Below the pieces are notes generated by a model. The model saw only the letters and a program-made list of their open reading frames with translations, was not told the origin of the DNA and did no database searches. Below are positions 54,114 to 61,300 of a stretch of 64,000 bases of DNA, piece after piece. Origin of the DNA: Methanomassiliicoccales archaeon. GTDB lineage: Archaea; Thermoplasmatota; Thermoplasmata; Methanomassiliicoccales; UBA472. Position 1 is the stretch's first letter. The number at the start of each line of letters is the position of its first letter. Both the position numbers and the translations under genes were made by a program. The stretch lies in assembly GCA_028682915.1 (NCBI GenBank), contig JAJRAN010000055.1, positions 318-64,317 of the forward strand, given 5' to 3'.

Positions 54114-55140
54114 GGTCTCTGACATCTTCGCGAGGCTGGAGTCGTCCAAGAAGCAGTACATGAAGACCGGTGCCCAGGACGAAGCCTCCAGGATGGGGCC
54201 GCATCTGGTCCGATTGTCGGAGGGGGCGGTGCCGGAGTACGTCAAGCTCACCAAATACCAGCAGTTCTGCTGGCGAACCATGGGCAAGGCGGCGAAGGTC
54301 CGCTCCAAACCCAACCCCAAGCTGGAACTCTCCCTTCTCCAGGCCCACATGCGCATGCGGCCCGAGGAGTTCACCGCCTACGTTTGGATGACGACCGTCA
54401 TCCTCGCCATCATCTCGGTCGCGATCGCCATCACCTTGGGCGCCACCCTGGTCGCGTTCCTGGGACTGGATGTCTCGCTCACGCTGCTGGTCACCATCCT
54501 GATCGCGGTAGTCCCGCCCATGATGGGATACGCCCTGCTGACCTCCCAACCGGGGAGCAAGGCCAAGGCCCGCGCCCGGGACATCGACAAGCGCATCGGC
54601 CCGGCCATGAGCTTCATCTCGGCCATGGCCTCGGCGGACGTCAACGTGGACGTCATCTTTAAGGAGCTCTCCCGCCAGGAAATCTATGGCGAGATAAAGA
54701 ACGAGGCGGAGTGGATCACGCGCGACACCGAGCTGCTGGGGATCGATATACTTACCGCAGTGAGCAAGGCTGCGCAGCGCACCCCGTCCTCCAAGTTCCA
54801 AGAGTTCCTGCAGGGCGTGGTCACCACCTCCACCTCCGGCGGACAGCTCAAGCCGTATTTCCTGCAGAAGGCGGAGCAGTTCGAGAAGGAGGGAAAGCTG
54901 GACATGCGCCAGCAGCTGGAGAGCCTCGGCCTCTTGGCCGAGTCGTTCGTGACCGTCGTCGTCGCCTTCCCCCTGTTCCTGATCGTCATCATGGCCATCA
55001 TGGCCATCGTGCCAGGAGGGGGCGGTAGTGGGCAATTCACCGTTCTACTGCTCTGGATGGTGGTGCTGCTCATGGTGCCCATCGCCCAGTTCGGATTCAT
55101 ATTCATCATATGGAACTCCACCAAGGAGGCCGCAATGTAG
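54103..55140 (+). CDS. T2SSF-domain platform protein, FlaJ/PilC N-half-like (TadB/C-like)
   Basis: 345 aa. TTG start with a GGAGGT RBS, overlapping the ATPase gene by 11 nt. One cytoplasmic T2SSF-type helical domain flanked by TM helices. Confidence 0.8.
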   Translation: MPPEVSDIFARLESSKKQYMKTGAQDEASRMGPHLVRLSEGAVPEYVKLTKYQQFCWRTMGKAAKVRSKPNPKLELSLLQAHMRMRPEEFTAYVWMTTVILAIISVAIAITLGATLVAFLGLDVSLTLLVTILIAVVPPMMGYALLTSQPGSKAKARARDIDKRIGPAMSFISAMASADVNVDVIFKELSRQEIYGEIKNEAEWITRDTELLGIDILTAVSKAAQRTPSSKFQEFLQGVVTTSTSGGQLKPYFLQKAEQFEKEGKLDMRQQLESLGLLAESFVTVVVAFPLFLIVIMAIMAIVPGGGGSGQFTVLLLWMVVLLMVPIAQFGFIFIIWNSTKEAAM

Positions 55141-55148
55141 GTGTTGCC

Positions 55149-56057
55149 ATGGCAAAGAAAGAAGAAATACTGGACATAAAAGAGATAACAAAGAGGAAGC
55201 AGGATCACAGCAAGCTCCTCCTATACATCGGCATCACCGTGGCCGCCATCCTATTCGCCATAGGCGCCCTGGACGCCATCGGGGGCATCTCGACCGGTCT
55301 GCTGTGGATCGACTACGTCGCCTTGGGCCTGATGGCGATATGTGGACCCTACGGGTTCTACCAGACGCGCAAGTACAAGCGGATTAAGGAGATCGAGTCC
55401 CGCCTCCCCGACTTCCTGCGCGATGTGGCCGAGGCTGGCAGGTTCGGCATGACCTTGGCCGAGGCAGTGAAGGTCGCCTCCCGCGGCCGCTACGGCGGCC
55501 TCACCCCCGAGATCCGGCGCATGGCTGCGCAGATCGACTGGGGCGTACCAGCGGCAGAGGCCATGCGCCTCTTCGCCGAGAGGGTAGACACCCCGCTGAC
55601 CAACAGGATGATGTCCATCATCATCAAGGCCAACGACGCGGGCGGGAACGTGGCGGACGTGCTCACCATGGTCGCGCACGATGCCAGGGAGGTGATGCTC
55701 TCCGAGGAGGAGCGCAAGATCTCCATGGCCACCTATACCGTGGTCATCTACGTGGCTTTCATGGTCTTCATCGCCACCATCTTCATCCTAAACTCGACCT
55801 TCCTTCCCAAGATGGAGGAGGCGGGCGCGTCGGTGGCCGAGGGCGCCGAGGCGGCGGGCATCGACACTAGTTCCATTGCCACCATCCAGGTCGACGTCAT
55901 CCCCACGATCCAGCTGATATTCGTCGTATCCGTCGTGATCCACGCCTTCGGCGATGGTATCTTGGCGGGCGTGCTGCAAGACGGCAAGATAGCCAACGGC
56001 ATGAGGCACAGCTTCATCATGCTCTTGATAGGCTTGATCGGAACGAGGTTGCTCTAG
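55149..56057 (+). CDS. T2SSF-domain platform protein, FlaJ/PilC C-half-like (TadB/C-like)
   Basis: 302 aa from ATG 55149 (track start is 55110). LPDFLRDVAEAGRFGMTLAEAV...IDWGVPAAEAMRLFAERV is a T2SSF domain, with about 5 TM helices. Confidence 0.8.
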   Translation: MAKKEEILDIKEITKRKQDHSKLLLYIGITVAAILFAIGALDAIGGISTGLLWIDYVALGLMAICGPYGFYQTRKYKRIKEIESRLPDFLRDVAEAGRFGMTLAEAVKVASRGRYGGLTPEIRRMAAQIDWGVPAAEAMRLFAERVDTPLTNRMMSIIIKANDAGGNVADVLTMVAHDAREVMLSEEERKISMATYTVVIYVAFMVFIATIFILNSTFLPKMEEAGASVAEGAEAAGIDTSSIATIQVDVIPTIQLIFVVSVVIHAFGDGILAGVLQDGKIANGMRHSFIMLLIGLIGTRLL

Positions 56058-56068
56058 GGGTGACCAAA

Positions 56069-57748
56069 ATGGCGACCACCAGCGAACCCGAACCCTCCCC
56101 GGAGCCCTTCCAGGAGGAGGCTAAGGGCGGAGGCTTGACCAGCAGCTACCTGAAGCTCCTGATGAAGATCAAGGCCAAGCCGATGAAAGTGCGGGTGCCC
56201 ATGAGGTCGGACTCCGGGCAGGCCGCGATAATAACCGAGGTGCCACGGATAGACGATGCCACCATCGACGAGGTGGAGGTGACCAAGATAATTCCCCCCT
56301 ACACCTTCGTCCGCATCAAGTACGACAACGCCGCCTCCGAGTACCTCTACGAGGTCATCGAGCCGCAGCTGACCGAGGATGAGAATACCCTACTTGACGT
56401 CCTGAAGCGCGCTCTGATCCTGACGCTCAACCTCGCCGACGTGGAGAACCAGAAGGAGAAGGAGGCGGTCCTTCGCTCCGGGACGGATACGCTGATGAAG
56501 CAGATGAACGTCAGCCTGAACCCGGTATCCAAAGAGAGGATCTCGTATTTCCTAAGGCGCGACTTCATCGGCTACGGGGTCATCGACGTGATGATGACGG
56601 ACCCCAACGTCGAGGACTGCTCCTGCGACGGGGTGGGAATACCCCTGTTCATTTTCCATCGCAAGTACGGTTCCATCCGCTCCAACGTCAAGTTCGATAA
56701 GGAGATGGAACTGGATTCCTTCGTGGTCTGGCTGGCCCAGAAGTGCGGGAAGCACATCTCCGTGGCCGACCCCCTGCTGGACGCCACCATCCCGGACGGC
56801 TCCAGGCTCAACGCCACATTGGGCAAGCACGTGACCAAGAGGGGGTCGAGCTTCACCATACGCAGGTTCAAGGAGAACCCGTTCACGCCCGTCGACCTGC
56901 TCAAGTTCAAGACCATGAGCACCGACATGATGGCGTACCTGTGGACCGCCACGGAGTATGGGAGCTCCATGCTGGTTTGTGGAGGCACTGCCTCGGGCAA
57001 GACCACGACGTTGAACGCGGTCCTTCTGTTCATCCCTCCGCAGATGAAGATCGTCAGCATCGAGGACACCAGGGAGCTGAACCTCCCGCACGAGAATTGG
57101 ATCCCTTCACTCACCCGCGAGGGCTTCGGAGGCAAGAAGGCTTCTTCCTCGGGCAGCATCGACATGTTCGAGCTGCTGACCACCGCCCTGCGCCAAAGGC
57201 CCCAATACCTGATGGTCGGGGAGGTCCGTGGCAAGGAGGCGTACGTCGTCTTCCAGGCCATGGCCACCGGCAAGACCGCCTACTCGACGTTCCACGCCGA
57301 GGACGTTCAGGCGATGGTCCACAGGATGGAGAACGACCCCATCAACTTACCACGCGCGTTGATGACCGCCCTGGACATAGTGCTCCTCCAGGCCCAGGTG
57401 AAGGTCGGGACCAAGATGACCCGAAGGGTCAAGTCCCTCACCGAGATCGTGGGCATGGACCCTGAGACCGGGGAGCTCATCACCAACTCCGTCTACACCT
57501 GGAACCCGGCGGATGACACCTTCAACTACTCTGGCCACTCCTACGTCTACGAGAAGGTCCGCACCATCCGCAACTGGTCCCCCAGGGAGATGGAGAGGGA
57601 GGTCAAGCGCCGGGTGGACATCCTGGACTTCATGAAGAAGTCGGGGTTCGACAACTACCGCCAGGTCGCCAGGGTCATCTCCGCCTACTACAAGGACCCG
57701 GAGAAGGTGGGAAAGGAGATCAAGGAGAAGCTCCAGGCCATGGGCTGA
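56069..57748 (+). CDS. Type II/IV secretion system ATPase, archaeal FlaI/PilB-like (copy 2, paralog of 52368..54113)
   Basis: About 559 aa from the ATG preceded by AGGGGTGA. Walker A GGTASGKTTTLN, IVSIEDTRELNL, RQRPQYLMVGEVRGKE, TGKTAYSTFHA. Collinear with copy 1 over the whole core. Confidence 0.9.
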   Translation: MATTSEPEPSPEPFQEEAKGGGLTSSYLKLLMKIKAKPMKVRVPMRSDSGQAAIITEVPRIDDATIDEVEVTKIIPPYTFVRIKYDNAASEYLYEVIEPQLTEDENTLLDVLKRALILTLNLADVENQKEKEAVLRSGTDTLMKQMNVSLNPVSKERISYFLRRDFIGYGVIDVMMTDPNVEDCSCDGVGIPLFIFHRKYGSIRSNVKFDKEMELDSFVVWLAQKCGKHISVADPLLDATIPDGSRLNATLGKHVTKRGSSFTIRRFKENPFTPVDLLKFKTMSTDMMAYLWTATEYGSSMLVCGGTASGKTTTLNAVLLFIPPQMKIVSIEDTRELNLPHENWIPSLTREGFGGKKASSSGSIDMFELLTTALRQRPQYLMVGEVRGKEAYVVFQAMATGKTAYSTFHAEDVQAMVHRMENDPINLPRALMTALDIVLLQAQVKVGTKMTRRVKSLTEIVGMDPETGELITNSVYTWNPADDTFNYSGHSYVYEKVRTIRNWSPREMEREVKRRVDILDFMKKSGFDNYRQVARVISAYYKDPEKVGKEIKEKLQAMG

Positions 57749-57815
57749 GCGCGTTCGGACATCCCTCCGCAGCCTTTATCTCCGGCCACCGGTCTAGCTG
57801 ACCCGGGAGATATTC

Positions 57816-58154
57816 ATGGGCATTGAGTCCTCTGACACGGCGGTGCGGATCTACGAGCTTCTGCGCCAGGTGCCTGCGGGAAAGGTGACGACCTATGGCG
57901 CCTTGGCCAAGGCGGCCGGGATACCTAAGGCCTCGCGCTTGGTCGGTGCGATAATGAGGGGGAACCCCTACGCCCCGCGCGTCCCTTGTCATCGGGTGGT
58001 CAAGTCCGACGGCGCGATCGGAGGCTATTCCGGCTCTGCGGACGAGAACATCAGGAAGAAGGTCGCCATGCTGGAGTCGGAGGGGGTCCGGGTGAGGGAC
58101 GGCAAGGTGGTCGACTTCGGGAAGGTCTTCTTCGACGACTTCGCCAGCGAATGA
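57816..58154 (+). CDS. MGMT-family protein (O6-alkylguanine-DNA alkyltransferase DNA-binding/active-site domain only)
   Basis: 112 aa. VPAGKVTTYGALA, the VPCHRVV active-site Cys motif, and GGY. Confidence 0.85.
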   Translation: MGIESSDTAVRIYELLRQVPAGKVTTYGALAKAAGIPKASRLVGAIMRGNPYAPRVPCHRVVKSDGAIGGYSGSADENIRKKVAMLESEGVRVRDGKVVDFGKVFFDDFASE

Positions 58155-58300
58155 CTCGGAAAGGTGCGATCGAGGCATATATTGACACGTTCATCCAGGG
58201 TTTTACATCGCAATATGCCTCGGCGGAGGTAGCTGGGGCCGATCCGGGAGCGATAAATAAAAAGTAAGGATTGTAAAGGGTTTCGATAGGGTTTGATGGC

Positions 58301-61300
58301 CTACTGGTTCTTCGGCTCCTCGGGCGCCGGCTCCGACGGCTGCTCGCCGCCCTCCTCCTTCTTGGAGACGGCCTTCTTATCCGCGGGCCTCTTGACTATG
58401 CGCCTGGTGGGCTTGGACGGCTCGGCGGCCGTGGCGCCCGCCTCGGGCATCATGGTCTTGTCGAAGACCGTGCCGCACTTTCCGCAGATGTTGGCGCCTC
58501 TCGGGTTGGGGGTCCCGCAGACCGGGCAGGGGAACGCCGAACCGGCGGCCTTCCTCTTGTCCTCCTCCTGGGAGAGCCACTTCTCGAAGCTTATGTAGGA
58601 GGGCTGCTTCTTCCACCACTCCTGGAACTTGGCCTCGCTGTACTTCTTGCCCAACGCCTGCTTGGCCTGTTCGCGGTAGGGGTTGGCGTAGGCCTCGTAC
58701 TGCTCCCTCATCTTGCGGATGTACTCGCTCTCCTCCTCTGCCAAGGGCTCGGTCACGAACTTCGCGCCGCACTCCGGGCATTCCGAGGAGGACGCTGGTA
58801 TCCAAGCGCCGCATTGACTGCATTTCGCGGTCCCGGTCTCGAATTCCACGCCGCACTTGGGGCACTTCTTCGAGCTCTCCGGTATCAGCGCGCCGCATTC
58901 GCCGCACTCCACCAACCTGCCTAGCTGGTACTTGTACAGGTAGAAGGAGAAGGCTATGATCACCAATAGCACCACCACGATGATCAGTATCCACACCCAG
59001 ATCGGGATCTCGGTCTCGGTCGTCAAGGCCCTGACCTCGAACGGGGTGGAGTATTGAGTGACCACGCGGTCCCCAGGCATTACCTGGACCTCCATGGCAT
59101 AGTAGTTGGGCGAGGCATTCGAGGGTATCAGCCTGCTGGCCGAGTATTCGCCGTTGGAGTTGGTGTAAACGGTTACGTTGTCGCCTATCTGTGCGTTGGT
59201 CTGGGCGACGACCAGGGTGACCACGACCTTGACATTCACCAGCGGGTCGTTGGTGAGGGCGTTGGTGACCCTTCCGTACACGTACACCTCCATGTCCGGG
59301 TTGTACCATGACCTGTCAGTGCTGATGGTCGTGGCCGGCTGTGGCGGGTTGACTACGAAGTCGCGGGAGAGGGCGTTGTTGTTTTCGTTGGTCTCCTCTA
59401 TCGCGAACACCGAGTCGAGGGTGCATCTCAAGGTGTAGTTGCCGTTGGTGACGTTCACGACCCAAGGCATCTCCACCACGATGGTCTGGTTGGCATCGAG
59501 GTCGCGGGACACCGTGCCGATGTTAATCACGAAGCTGTCTGTATCGATAGCGTCGAACCTTATCTTCACGCTCATGGCAGGGGTGTAGCCATCGTTTATC
59601 ACGCTGACCCTGAGCACCAGGCTCTCACCGACCACGGCCTCGCTGACGTCGAGGCTGCCGGAGGTGACGTTCATGCCCCCGACGAACATCAGGTCGGGCC
59701 GGTTGTCGACCACGTCCGTCGTCTGGACCAGGCGATTGTTGTTGTAGTTGGTCTCGACTATGGTGCGGGCCGGGTTGACGTCTATGGTGATGGTCCTGGT
59801 CTGGATCTTGCCCCCTGCTGCCGGTAGGACGTTCCAGGTGCCATAGGCCACCACGGTCTGACCTGCGGCGATGCTCGCTATCATCTGGGTATCGAACAGG
59901 TTGCCGGTTCCGACCGCGCCCTCCCAGAAGTTCACGACCACGTTGGCAGCGCCGGTCTGGCCGATATTGGTTATGGCGGCGTTGACGGAAACCTGGTCAT
60001 TGATGTATATGGCTGTGGACGGTGTGAAGGTCACGCCGGACGGTGTCAGGTCTGCGTAGTTGAGCACGGTCACCGGCAGAGTGACGTTGTTGTTGCTTGT
60101 CGTGTGCTCTGATATCGGGGGGACCCCGACGTTCACCTTTATCAGCAGGTTGTGGTTGCCGGGTATGTTAGGCACCCATGTGAGGCTAGCGGTCCCGGTC
60201 CCACCAAGCGCTGGGATGGTTGAGATTATCCTGTACCCGAGCAGCACCTGGGACCCGCTGGGCTTGATGTCCACGAAGGAGACGTTGACGTTGTTGGCGG
60301 CGATGTCCCCGCTGTTGTGCACGATCAAGGTCACCGACGCGGTGCTGTTGGTCGTCGGGGTTGTTGGGACCACCGTGACGTCAGAGGTGGACACATAGAG
60401 CTCGGCGATGCCCCGGACGGTGATCAGCGTCCAATTGGTGTTATCGTTCTCATTCAGCTCCTTGATAGCGTTCTCCGGGTCAACGATCACGGATATGTTG
60501 TGTTGCCCCAACGGATAGGATGCTTGCCAAACGGCCTTCACGGTCGCCGTCGCCCCTGGTGCGATCTTTTCCACCATGACGTCGGCAATGGTCGTGCTTC
60601 CATCCTTGAACCTCACCAGGACGCTGTTGGCATCCACGACACCGCTGTTCCTCACGTAGGTGGTCAGGGTGACGTTATCCTCCCTGTATGGATTGCTGTT
60701 CGACGCATACAATGGCGGATCGAGGTCAGGCAGCGCTCCTGGTATGCTTAGGGTGCGCGAGGCGATCTCATCGATCAATGGCTCGCTGTAAGCCGGCAAA
60801 GATACCGACATAGGCGAGATGGTCTGATAGGCCACGCCTCCGTACCAATAGCTGGCGTTGATGCGGTAATTGCCTAGGAAGTTGTTGTTGCTAGCATCGA
60901 TCCTATCGCAGAGCGCTGCGAACAACGCCTTTCCGTTGGCGCCAGTCTTCATCGTGCCGAAGAGAGTCCCATTCAGATAGTATCTCATTTGGACGACGGT
61001 GTTCGGGATCGGGTATCTGTTGCCGTCCTGTACCAGCACCTCGACCCAGCAGAAGTTGTATACAACCGCTCCTTCAATCGGGCGGAGCGCTGGTATTGTG
61101 ACTCCGTAGAGGTAGGCACGTGCGCTGCCTCCGAATGAACTCCAAGCGGTCTGGAATGTGGTGTTGTAGGCCTTCAGGGTCGCAAGGGACCCGCTTGGAG
61201 CGACGATGTCCGAGCCGATGGTGGAATTCTTAAGGACCAACGCGGAACTGTCCGCGAGGCTGATCCTGACGGCCGAGTAGATGGTGGAAGAGTCGACGGT

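Noticed and set aside
52479-54374. 631-aa antisense ORF opposite the first FlaI-like ATPase. Similar long antisense ORFs occur at 14752..15555, 16692..17660, 21117..21788, 24936..25745, 40701..41285, 42519..43181, 54028..55035 and 56552..57273
   Set aside because: All lie opposite genes with unambiguous family motifs. Their translations are Arg/Gly/His/Asp/Pro-rich with no motifs. This is the expected open-frame artefact of high GC3 coding on the other strand.
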